Shown here one piece after another: positions 42,884 to 51,398 of a DNA stretch of 64,000 bases. The stretch spans positions 2,336,001-2,400,000 of the forward strand of contig CAVTBU010000005.1 in the NCBI GenBank assembly GCA_963733035.1. Reading direction: 5' to 3'. Source of the DNA: Pirellulales bacterium (GTDB lineage Bacteria; Planctomycetota; Planctomycetia; Pirellulales; PALSA-1355). Position 1 is the first letter of the stretch; every line of letters begins with the position of its first letter. Made by a program: the position numbers and the translations under genes. The notes beneath the pieces were generated by a model. The model saw only the letters and a program-made list of their open reading frames with translations, was not told the DNA's origin and searched no databases.

Positions 42884-43431
42884 AGCACGCGATTGATGCT
42901 CTTGATCACCTCGGGGTCGCGAGCATGCTCACCGGTTCGCTAGCGTCGAGCCTGCAAGGCCAACCCCGGGCGACTCACGATATTGACCTGGTGATCGATT
43001 TGCCGCCCGAGCGCATCGACGCCTTGCTTGAGGAGTTTCCTCCCCCCGACTATTACCTAAGTCGCGCGGCGATTGAAGAGGCCCTGCGCGACCGCAGCCT
43101 GTTCAACGTTCTCGATCTTCGGGAAGGCGACAAGATCGACTTCTGGATGCTCACGGACGAGCCCTTTGATCGCAGTCGATTCGCTCGTCGACAGCGATAC
43201 AACATTGATGGCGTCGACGTCGCCGTAAGTTCGCCGGAGGACACCATCTTGATGAAGCTCAAATGGTCGCAAGCCGCGGAAGGGAGCCGACTGCAATTCG
43301 GTGACGCGCAACATATCTACGAACTGCACCGCGGCGTGCTGGATACCCAATACCTCGAAACTTGGATCCAAGCTCTAGGCCTCACCGAAATCTGGAATCG
43401 CCTCCAAGCGGCCGACTCAGCCCAGCAATAG
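42862..43431 (+). CDS. Nucleotidyltransferase (DUF6036/AbiEii-like), putative toxin
   Basis: TGSLASSLQGQPRATHDIDLV (GS...DxD), KIDFW and SPEDTILMKL. Confidence 0.8.
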   Translation: MAQTELLKHAIDALDHLGVASMLTGSLASSLQGQPRATHDIDLVIDLPPERIDALLEEFPPPDYYLSRAAIEEALRDRSLFNVLDLREGDKIDFWMLTDEPFDRSRFARRQRYNIDGVDVAVSSPEDTILMKLKWSQAAEGSRLQFGDAQHIYELHRGVLDTQYLETWIQALGLTEIWNRLQAADSAQQ

Positions 43432-43458
43432 GCCACCCCTCGGCGTTCGTCCTTCCGC

Positions 43459-44561
43459 TCAGTACCGGCACCGCTCACTCGTCACCCGGTACCGCTTGTG
43501 GCCTTTTACCGGATCGCTCGCCGTGTGGCAATGTTGACAATACTGCGTCACGGGCAGCTGGCGATGTTTTTCGCTCGACGACTTGTGCACGTCGTGGCAG
43601 CTCAGGCAGGTCACCGACTCCTGGCCCCCAATCACCACGTCGCGAACGTTCTCCATCACGTGCGCGTCGGCCGGATTGAGCTGCTTGGCAGGGTCTTCGG
43701 TGTCCAGCACGCTCCAGTCAACCTCGAAATCCTTGAAGAGGTTGTCGCCCGCCACGAAGTTCGTGGGGTAGGGCAGTCCGGTGGCCTTTGACTTGCCAAA
43801 GCGAATGTGGCAGCTTCCGCAGATCGAAGTGATCGCGGCCGGCGAATCTTTCCGCGCCTTGGCCAGCGGCATCAGCGTCGTGTCGTTGGCGTGCTCGACC
43901 GTGGCGTCGCCGTGACAGGCGTAACAATCGAGCGACACGGTGGCAAACGCGTGCGTCTCCGGATCGACCGCCGTCGCATGGCAACCGGCGCACGCGGTGG
44001 CAAACGTTTCGGTGTCCCAGTGCGCATCCTCGGCGCCCTCAAGCCTCGCGCGCGTCCGCGCCCGAAGGTCGCCATGGTCGTAAGCATATCGGCGTGGCCA
44101 TAGGCCTCGGCGCGTTTCAAGAAACGCTGCGCGCGCGTGTCGCCCATCAGCAGCGTCACTTCCTCGGCGATGGCCTTGGTGTTGTCGTCCGCCCGCAGCG
44201 ATTCAACGGCCGGCTCGGTAGGCTCGGCATCGCGGATGGTGCGATTGTGTTTGTTGGTGTCCCAAGTCACGCCCACCTGATGTCGATGGCAAAACAAGCA
44301 CTCGCCACCTTCGGTATACATCGGCACCAGGTCGTCCACATGGTCGCTGCCCCAAGCCGCCGGATCGAGCTGCTTCTGCTCGGGCGCGCCGGCCGTGATC
44401 CGCCGCGGCGTCCAGAGCGAAAACAAAATCGCCGCCGTCAACAGCACGGTTACGGCGGCCACGCCCACGCTGGCAGTCCGTTGCAGCACTCGACGGACTG
44501 CTAGAGCCGTGCGCAGGCTTCGTCGCGCACTTGGCTGGGTTGAAACATGCCACGACCGCAT
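43459..44561 (-). CDS. Multiheme cytochrome c with six CxxCH motifs; frameshift near 44050; start uncertain
   Basis: CLFCH, CAGCH, CYACH, CGSCH, CLSCH and CQHCH across two frames; N-terminal TM/signal. Confidence 0.8.
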
Positions 44562-44714
44562 ATCTCAACCGCCTGCTCGGTCCCCGCGCCCATCGTCGAG
44601 CCCATCTATCTTTCACGTGCCGGTCTCCCACGCATCAACTTTCGCGGTCGCCTTCCGACTGGGTACAAACTCCTTCCAGCCAGCTTCTTCACCACTCTAT
44701 CTAGTCAAGCCCGT

Positions 44715-44758
44715 AAAAGGCAAACGCGGCGCGGGCCCTGTAGGCAACCCGCGCCGCG
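44715..44758 (-). terminator. Rho-independent terminator
   Basis: CGCGGCGCGGG/CCCGCGCCGCG 11-bp stem followed by TTTGCCTTTT on the minus strand. Confidence 0.7.
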
Positions 44759-44960
44759 CTCCACTTTCATGTTTCCCTGCGGCCGGCCACAGCCAACCGC
44801 CAGCCGCTCGTTTGCCTGCAGTCGAGATTCCCCGAGGGAACCTCGAATCTCCCAGACCCAACCTCCCGCTCGCTCTCAAAGTGCCCCGCCTTGAGGGCAC
44901 TCAATCGCTAACGATCGGCCGGCTACAGCACACGGCCTGTTTTCTCCCTGGGGTGAAAAA
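44715..44960 (-). ncRNA. Candidate structured small RNA with multiple GGA motifs
   Basis: 13-bp closing stem that relies on G-U pairs on the minus strand, two internal hairpins, six GGA motifs and a terminator at the end. Confidence 0.5.
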
Positions 44961-45000
44961 CTCGCGAGTCGTTGCGAGATGCCCCCTCGCTGCAATCTGC

Positions 45001-46524
45001 TTACGAAACCTGCGTATCGTCGCGCACCCAACCGTAAGCTGCGTTCTGACGCGAGGCCCCGATCTCCTTGTATGCCGTCTTCAGTTCCGAAAGCTTGTCC
45101 TTCGGAATGTTCTTGCGCGCTTCATTGGCGTCGATCTCGTAGATCTTGGCCGCGTTCAAGCCAAAGATCTTGGCCTTGTCCTCATCGGTCACCTTGGCGT
45201 AGCCGAACTTCTCGCACAGCTCGTCGGAGATCTGGAACCGCTTGAAGGCGTCAATCGCCCACTGCGGAGATCCCCACCACAAACAGTCGGTGCCCCAAAT
45301 CGTGTGGTCGGCGCCATAGTACTTGATGTTCTTGCCAATCAGGTGCTGGCACATCTCGGGGTTGTAGATCGCCAGCGTGCCAAAGCTCGAACCGATTTCC
45401 GGATACACGTTGTTGATCTGCGGATTGCGCTGCTTGATCTTCATCAGCACGTCGTGCCAGGCAAAGTCGCCCGTCTCCGGATCGTACTTCTCCTTGAACT
45501 CTTCGACCTCCGCGCCATACGGGGCGTGCTGCAGGGCCGAGTGATAAATCACAAACGTCAGGTCCGGGTGATCGAGCGCGGCCTTCTCCACGTCTTTCGG
45601 ATTGGCCAGGTGCCCCAGCGTGCGGCTCTGGGCCGAAAAGCCCTTGTGCACGCTAAACCGCTTGAGTCCCAGCTCCTTGCTCTTTTCATAGAACGGATAG
45701 GTCAGCTTCTCGTCGTCGAGCTGAAAACCGTTGCCGCTGCGGCCCGGGTCGGTATGGCAATACCACTTCCAACTGTCGATGCCATACTGCTGCACCTCCC
45801 GCTCCATCTGGTCGAACAGCGCCTTCTGGTCTTGGCTGTTCGTTTTCATGTCCCAGTAGTGGTTCGGGGCGCAGTTCCCCTGGCAGAGCGCTCGCACGCT
45901 GCCAGCCATCTCGTTGATGTCGGCCTTGCGGGCGCTCATCAGCCAGCTGGGCAACACGCCGCCGCCGCGCTTGGGGCCTTCCAGCGGATTGCCTGCGCGG
46001 TCAAATTGCCGCTCCTTGCCCGGCACGCCCGAAATCACCAGCACCGCCGTCTCGCTGTCAAAGAACATCTCTTTGACGAAATTCGGATACGAGTACGACT
46101 CGGGCGAGTTGTCGAGCTTGAAGCCCATGTTCTTCACGAATTCCATGTTGCGGAATCCGATCGGTACGCCGTTGGTAAAGTGGGCCTGCACGTCGATGAC
46201 GAAAAACTTTCCCTTGGGATACTTGTCTTCGTAGGCGCCGGGCTCCAGTGTTTCTTCTTCTTCCACGGCCCAGCACTTCTTGCCCCACACCATGTTGGCG
46301 GCCAAAAAGCAGGTGGCCAGCCCCATCGAGCTCGACACGAACTCGCGGCGGTCCATGCCCAGCTTCTTCGCCTTCTCGTCGCTCATCCGCGTGATCAGGT
46401 CTTCGATCTGCCGCTGCTTGGTCGTGATCGGGCGCGGGATGAATTCTTCATTCGAAACGACCTGCGTGGGCATGCCCGTCTCGATTCCCTTTTTCCGATC
46501 GCGCACCCATTTTGGAATCCACAT
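45001..46524 (-). CDS. Amidohydrolase family protein
   Basis: IDVQAH, SVHKG, IYHSAL and [22 protein letters not shown]. Confidence 0.9.
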   Translation of the reverse strand: MWIPKWVRDRKKGIETGMPTQVVSNEEFIPRPITTKQRQIEDLITRMSDEKAKKLGMDRREFVSSSMGLATCFLAANMVWGKKCWAVEEEETLEPGAYEDKYPKGKFFVIDVQAHFTNGVPIGFRNMEFVKNMGFKLDNSPESYSYPNFVKEMFFDSETAVLVISGVPGKERQFDRAGNPLEGPKRGGGVLPSWLMSARKADINEMAGSVRALCQGNCAPNHYWDMKTNSQDQKALFDQMEREVQQYGIDSWKWYCHTDPGRSGNGFQLDDEKLTYPFYEKSKELGLKRFSVHKGFSAQSRTLGHLANPKDVEKAALDHPDLTFVIYHSALQHAPYGAEVEEFKEKYDPETGDFAWHDVLMKIKQRNPQINNVYPEIGSSFGTLAIYNPEMCQHLIGKNIKYYGADHTIWGTDCLWWGSPQWAIDAFKRFQISDELCEKFGYAKVTDEDKAKIFGLNAAKIYEIDANEARKNIPKDKLSELKTAYKEIGASRQNAAYGWVRDDTQVS

Positions 46525-47074
46525 GAAACATCACTCCTCGAAGAGCTGTAGAGCGTTGATTGATAACTGCTTGCTGTGCAAACCCGGAAAACGATTCCGC
46601 CACCGCTTGCGATAGGCCCACACGGTTGATTGCTGGTGCTCGAAAGTGCCCGGTTCCGTTTGTGTCGAACCGCCGCACGCCCCAAGCGTCGATATTCCTA
46701 GCGAGCAAAAATCGAAAGGTCGACCAATTCAGATACGTCAGCGTGCCCATCCGCTGTTCGCGCCGCCGCACGGGCCGTGGGGGTCAACCGCGCACGCTCG
46801 GCCAGACAGGGCCTCCAAAGCGATCGACCGGGTCGATCCCCCGAGGCAGTTCTGCATTATAGCCACCCCGAAAAACCGCTGTAAACGATTTTCCCAGGCC
46901 CTAATTGAGCCGTGCGGGCAAGGGGTTCGGCCGATCGGACCGACCCGGATAACGCCCGCCCAGCCTCAGATTCCCTTGCCGGGCGTCGCCAGGGGCCGGG
47001 GGTGGGAATCTCGAAGTTGGACAAGGGCCTGCTAGCCTGGCGGACTTTTTTTGCACCGACCCCGTCATCCCGCC

Positions 47075-47296
47075 TCATTCGTCCAGCCAAAACACACGCT
47101 CGGTCGGCTTGTTGAACACTTTGGCAATCCGCAGCGCGAGCGTCAGCGAGGGCGTATAAGCTCCGCCCTCCAGCGCCACGATCGTTTGCCGCGTCACGCC
47201 CACCAGGTCGGCCAGGTCCTGCTGCGTCATCCCCGACCGCGCCGCCCGCAAGTCGCGGATGCAGTTGTTGAGAGCGGGTTCCTTTTTACGCGGCAC
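47075..47296 (-). CDS. XRE-family HTH transcriptional regulator
   Basis: [36 protein letters not shown]. Confidence 0.9.
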   Translation of the reverse strand: MPRKKEPALNNCIRDLRAARSGMTQQDLADLVGVTRQTIVALEGGAYTPSLTLALRIAKVFNKPTERVFWLDE

Positions 47297-47693
47297 GCTG
47301 TCTCCGATACAGTACGACCGCGACCAACCCCTTCACGCCCCACAAGATCGCCGCCTGAACCGAGATCAGCCAGGTCAGGAAAACCGTCCCCACGACGTCG
47401 GCATGCGTGAAGTTGGCCCATAGCGTCGCGGCCAACAGGGCACCGAACAAGACGCTCCAGGCGGCGGCGATGCCCAGGCTGGTTGCCCTCTTGTCAATCT
47501 CGCGATCGCGCTCGTCGACGACGACGCGCCCGCCATCGCGCCGCAAAAAGATAAGCCCTACCGGAATCAGTGCCAAAAGCGAGAAAAAGCCGATCGACGC
47601 CGACCCCATCCAAGGCAGCGCCACCGTGACGGCAACAATCGTCAGCGCCGCGACCACCAGCTGCGTCCCGGCAAGCTTTTCCATGGCACTCAT
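47286..47693 (-). CDS. DUF2178-like membrane protein
   Basis: [13 protein letters not shown] between TM helices; overlaps the XRE gene; GAGGTGG RBS. Confidence 0.75.
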   Translation of the reverse strand: MSAMEKLAGTQLVVAALTIVAVTVALPWMGSASIGFFSLLALIPVGLIFLRRDGGRVVVDERDREIDKRATSLGIAAAWSVLFGALLAATLWANFTHADVVGTVFLTWLISVQAAILWGVKGLVAVVLYRRQRAA

Positions 47694-47739
47694 CGCAACC
47701 ACCTCGCAATAGAAGGATCGGTCGAGCCGTGAATCGCGA

Positions 47740-47783
47740 TGTATGATAAACTTGACACGACTTGATGTCAAGTCTATTTGACA
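47740..47783 (-). promoter_or_regulatory. Sigma70 promoter overlapped by two TGTCAA-N6-TTGACA operators
   Basis: Minus strand TTGACA (47771-47766), 17 bp, TATCAT (47748-47743); perfect palindrome 47766-47783, imperfect one 47740-47757. Confidence 0.75.
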
Positions 47784-47834
47784 TGGCGGTAAACATCGCG
47801 AAGGATGCTCGGTTGCCACGGGTAGGCGAAAGCG

Positions 47835-47864
47835 GGGTGCCATGCTTGCGCCTCGCAAGCATGC
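47835..47864 (+). repeat. REP-like palindromic element (GGGTGCCATGCTTGCG..CGCAAGCATGC)
   Basis: Hairpin; 29/30 identical to 49666-49695. Confidence 0.75.
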
Positions 47865-47913
47865 TCGCTCCGCCCTCCCGGCAGCCTGCCGCCTATAGCA
47901 TACGGCCTCCCCC

Positions 47914-49017
47914 TCACTTCCCCGTCACTCGCCGAATATACTCCACCTCCTCCTGGCGATATGGCGTTCCATCGGCGCGAAAGATGTCGTGAAACCACTG
48001 CTCCGGCTCGGCCGTGTAGGTTCGTTGCCAGCTGTCCCAGGGGTAGATCGTCTGCGACTTGCCCGACACGAAACCCCACGAGTACGCCCCGATCCCTTCC
48101 GCTTTGAAGTACCCCAAGATCGGATCGAAATGGCTGCCGTTCCCTCGGGCCATGAACTCGGTGCAAATGAGCGGCCGCTCGAACCGCTCGAGGCTCGCCA
48201 CGCGACGCTTCACTTGCGGCAGCGGGTCGTAGGTGTGAAACGAAATCACGTCCGACTCGTCGGTCATCAGCTTGTCGATCGGGCTCATCTTGCCTGCCCG
48301 CCAATCGCCCCGCCACACGCCGGCTGAGAGCGGCGCCGCCGGATCGACCGACCGCGCCCACACGAACGTCTTTTCCAACAGCGCCTGGGCCACCTCGGCC
48401 TTGTTCGCCAGTTCCACCTTGCCATAGGCGTTGGAGTTTGGATTGTCGGGCTCGTTGAACAGGTCCCACACCTGCACGCGCGGATTGTTCTTGAATCGCC
48501 CCACGATCCCCACCACGTACGTCCGCAGCGAGTCGCGCTTCGCCGCATCGGCCAGCACCTCCGCCCCCGGACTTTGCACCCAGCCCGAGTTGTGCACGTG
48601 CGGCCGCGGCTGGCGCTGCGTGCCGAGCTGGGGATGCGGATCCCACACGCCATCGAACAACACCAGCATCACGCCGATCTTATGCCGCGCCGCAATCTCC
48701 AGAAACCGATCGATCCGCCCGCAAAACCCCTCGGCATCCTGCTCCCACAAGAGGTGATGCAGAAACACCCGCACCGAGTTGAACCCCAATTCCTCCGCCC
48801 AGCCGAGCTCCTCGTCAATCGCCTTGGCGTCAAACGTCTCCGCCTGCCACATCTCCAGCTGATTAATCGCCGACCGCGGAGCATAGTTGCAGCCCACAAG
48901 CCAGCCCGTCTTCGCCTGCCAGGCGCGCGCCTGCTCGGCACTCCACCGCTCGCGAGCCGTAGCCGCGCCCGCAGACACCACAACCAGAAACCCCACGAAA
49001 ACCACCCGCCGAATCAT
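47914..49017 (-). CDS. GH5-like glycoside hydrolase (often labelled 1,4-beta-xylanase)
   Basis: AINQLEMWQ, GFNSVRVFLH, WDLFNEPDN (acid/base) and CTEFMAR (nucleophile). Confidence 0.88.
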   Translation of the reverse strand: MIRRVVFVGFLVVVSAGAATARERWSAEQARAWQAKTGWLVGCNYAPRSAINQLEMWQAETFDAKAIDEELGWAEELGFNSVRVFLHHLLWEQDAEGFCGRIDRFLEIAARHKIGVMLVLFDGVWDPHPQLGTQRQPRPHVHNSGWVQSPGAEVLADAAKRDSLRTYVVGIVGRFKNNPRVQVWDLFNEPDNPNSNAYGKVELANKAEVAQALLEKTFVWARSVDPAAPLSAGVWRGDWRAGKMSPIDKLMTDESDVISFHTYDPLPQVKRRVASLERFERPLICTEFMARGNGSHFDPILGYFKAEGIGAYSWGFVSGKSQTIYPWDSWQRTYTAEPEQWFHDIFRADGTPYRQEEVEYIRRVTGK

Positions 49018-49232
49018 CGAAGCCGCTCCTAAAGAAGTTGAGGCTGGAAGGAAGGGTTGAATTGTAGCCGAAGGGATTCGTGTGGTGTGCCACAGCGCCC
49101 AGGTGCCATGGATCAGGCGCCATGGGGTAGGTGCCACGCGCTGGCCGCGCAGCGGATGCTTCAGCTTTTACGTCGTCGCTTGCGGTCATTGACCGAATTC
49201 CGCCATTTCAGCACGGCAATGCGACTTCCACG

Positions 49233-49261
49233 TTGACATTGGCCATTTTCCAGCCGATACT
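49233..49261 (+). promoter_or_regulatory. Sigma70 promoter for the small RNA
   Basis: TTGACA (49233-49238), 17 bp, GATACT (49256-49261). Confidence 0.6.
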
Positions 49262-49266
49262 TGTAT

Positions 49267-49345
49267 GAGGCCCTGTTGCTCTCGAAGCCCCAAGTTCCAC
49301 TTGGGGCACGCCGTAAGGCATAGTGAGCACGGGGCTTTTTTCTTT
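49267..49345 (+). ncRNA. Candidate DUF3800-associated small structured RNA
   Basis: Closing stem GCCCTGTTGCTC/GAGCACGGGGC enclosing the hairpins GCCCCAAGT-TCC-ACTTGGGGC and GCC-GTAA-GGC, then TTTTTTCTTT; convergent with the DUF3800-like remnant. Confidence 0.65.
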
Positions 49346-49603
49346 AGGGCTTGGTTCGATTCCAGTCGCGCTGGTGGTTGCTGGGAATCAGTTTCCAGTG
49401 CCGATAGGGGTCCTCCAGCGATTAGCTCGATCGCCCTGCATCCCAGTCGATTCTCCAATGTTGAAGTTCGGGTAGAGTTGTCGAATGCGCCCCAAGATGT
49501 GCTTGTAAAGTTTCTCCTTGGCAATCGTTCGCTTGCCCCGTCGGACTTGCCCTGGCGGCTTCACCAAGTGCTTGTCATTCAATCGAAAAGCCATCGCCCC
49601 AAG
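49344..49603 (-). pseudogene. 3' remnant of a DUF3800-like gene; frameshift near 49413
   Basis: LGAMAFRLNDKHLVKPPGQVRRGKRTIAKEKLYKHILGRIRQLYPNFNIGESTG...NRW/DPYRHWKLIPSNH...TKP* matches the C-terminus I recall for a DUF3800 subfamily; N-terminal two thirds absent. Confidence 0.7.
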
Positions 49604-49605
49604 CC

Positions 49606-49695
49606 GGGTGCCACGGGTGGCCGCAAAGCGGCTCACCCGTGCCGTGCGTCGTTCCGCCACTGCCTGGGTGCCATGCTTGCGCTTCGCAAGCATGC
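49606..49695 (+). repeat. Two REP-like GGGTGCCAYG palindromic elements
   Basis: GGGTGCCACGGGTG...CACCCGTG (49606-49641) and GGGTGCCATGCTTGCGCTTCGCAAGCATGC (49666-49695). Confidence 0.7.
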
Positions 49696-49699
49696 CTCC

Positions 49700-49784
49700 T
49701 GACTATCCACTACCCACTAGCCACTACATCGTGCCGTGTGTCGTTCCGCCCACTGATCACCAACCACTGACCACTCGCCACTGT
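49700..49784 (+). repeat. Heptamer tandem repeats (CCACTNN)n
   Basis: CCACTAC CCACTAG CCACTAC ... CCACTGA TCACCAA CCACTGA CCACTCG CCACTGT. Confidence 0.7.
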
Positions 49785-49785
49785 C

Positions 49786-50679
49786 CTAGAGATTCCCCAC
49801 CGTCGGTCCCCAAAAGAAAACCTTGGCGTAATACAGCGGCGTGAGATTAAGAAACGCCGCTATCGCAATCAGCCAGCTCCAGCGTTTCCACAGAAGTACG
49901 AGAGAAACAGCTTCACATGCCGTCATCGCCAGCCCAGACACGGCAAAGAAACGTGCGACAAGTATGAACTTTGAATCGCCGGTCAACTCAGACTGCCTTG
50001 GCAACAACCAAGTGAAATACAGTATCCAAACAATCAAAGGCACTAACACAACAAACAGGGCGACCATACGAGGACCAGTGAAGAGCTTCCTAAGCAGTGG
50101 GAGTGGTGAATCGGAACGGAATTCGGGTAGACTCTCGCAACGGAAATCGGAAAAGGCATTGCCGCGCCGAATATCGCCGATAAACGCACTCAGGCCCAGA
50201 ATCGCACACGCGAAAAACAACATCCGATCAAAGCGAACCATATCGAATCCCGACCTACATGCCCCGCATATCGAGCCGGCGACAATACATATCAACGACG
50301 CATACTGCAGGTGAATATAGTCATTCCAAGCTGTGAAATGACGGCTCAGCGCCGCATTCACTTCGGCTGTCGTGCCTGCACCAAATCGCCACTCCTTCTT
50401 TAGACGCTCCGTCGTCTCCTCTTGAATCCAGCGTATCCACCTTAGATTCCAATCCAGCGCTGCTTCTATGAAAGGATAAACCAGCGAACGGTGAACGGTG
50501 TAAATGACGACGCCGGAAAATGCCGCGACGGCAAGCGTGGCGGACCAATCCACGTTACGTTTCTCTAAACTGCTCCAGCCTTCCGTTGCGACTACGTAGG
50601 CAAACACAAAAAAGCCGCCGGGAAGCGTGCCCCGGAAAAGGAGTTGAAATGGAACAGACTTCAGAATTGAATCAAACAT
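49786..50679 (-). CDS. Lower-GC multi-TM hypothetical protein
   Basis: 297-aa ORF with about seven hydrophobic segments; visibly more AT-rich than flanking genes. Confidence 0.65.
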   Translation of the reverse strand: MFDSILKSVPFQLLFRGTLPGGFFVFAYVVATEGWSSLEKRNVDWSATLAVAAFSGVVIYTVHRSLVYPFIEAALDWNLRWIRWIQEETTERLKKEWRFGAGTTAEVNAALSRHFTAWNDYIHLQYASLICIVAGSICGACRSGFDMVRFDRMLFFACAILGLSAFIGDIRRGNAFSDFRCESLPEFRSDSPLPLLRKLFTGPRMVALFVVLVPLIVWILYFTWLLPRQSELTGDSKFILVARFFAVSGLAMTACEAVSLVLLWKRWSWLIAIAAFLNLTPLYYAKVFFWGPTVGNL

Positions 50680-50757
50680 GTTGTGCTACCGGCTGTCAGT
50701 TCATTGTGGATCTAAAGGTCTTCGGATAGTCGGATTCTAGGTGCTGGGCAGCGCTGA

Positions 50758-51066
50758 TCACGACCTCTTACCCTTCTTATGCGCCCCGGTCTTCGACTCA
50801 TCGATGGTGATTCGCCCGATCTTGTTCTTGTAGTTGTAGAGCCGCAAACTCATCCCAGCTGCCTTGCCTTCTCGGGTCGAGCGGTTGTAGCCATTGAGTT
50901 TCGCCAGACACTGGCCAATCCCCAGATGCAGTTTCAAGGCCTCCTCAAACGTCAGATTGACCGTGAACACCTTCGGCGCGGCCTCCGAATTGAGGAAATC
51001 CTCGGGCGCGAATTTGTCCATCGCGACTGTGCCGAATGTGCCTTGCTTCAGTTTTGGTTCGCTCAT
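50758..51066 (-). CDS. Small basic hypothetical protein (LTFEEALKLHL...YNRSTREGK)
   Basis: AGGAG RBS; 102-aa ORF. Confidence 0.75.
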   Translation of the reverse strand: MSEPKLKQGTFGTVAMDKFAPEDFLNSEAAPKVFTVNLTFEEALKLHLGIGQCLAKLNGYNRSTREGKAAGMSLRLYNYKNKIGRITIDESKTGAHKKGKRS

Positions 51067-51230
51067 CAGTAGCTCCTGACAGGTTGATTCGTTCGTTGGC
51101 TGCGGGAACCCTACCCACACCGCCTGCGCCGCAGTACACTACGGTCCCCCCAATGGTGTAGCGACAGAATACCGCAAGTGATGGCGACAAGCGATATTTG
51201 CGAGTCCCAATGGCCTAACGGGAGTCTGAC

Positions 51231-51398
51231 ATGGCAAAAAAGCGTGCATTTTCGAAGGCGGACATTGAGCTGAAATCCGAGGACTACCACGGAAGCTGCT
51301 ATTACGCGAGAACTCGTCCCGACCTCGCCGAGAAGAACGTCAACTCAGTCAACGTCGAATTGACGTTTGACCGCAAGTGCTTGGTGGATGGTGGTTAG
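51231..51398 (+). pseudogene. Truncated divergent paralog of the 50758..51066 protein
   Basis: GGGAG RBS; MAKKRAFSKADIELKSEDYHGSCYYARTRP...NSVNVELTF aligns to KLKQGTFG...VFTVNLTF, then breaks off into heptamer repeats. Confidence 0.5.

Noticed and set aside
44395..46551. 718-aa plus-strand ORF, and other long antisense ORFs (8872..10137, 17912..19171, 22716..24203, 35868..37091)
   Set aside because: Shadow ORFs opposite well-supported genes in a high-GC genome; no recognisable motifs
49267..49345. Hammerhead ribozyme or tRNA interpretation of the three-way junction
   Set aside because: No CUGAUGA/GAAA core on either strand, and no TPsiC loop, anticodon arm or CCA end
49388..49594. Standalone 68-aa small protein
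   Set aside because: Better explained as part of the truncated DUF3800-like gene, since the apparent homology extends upstream of the Met and past the frameshift
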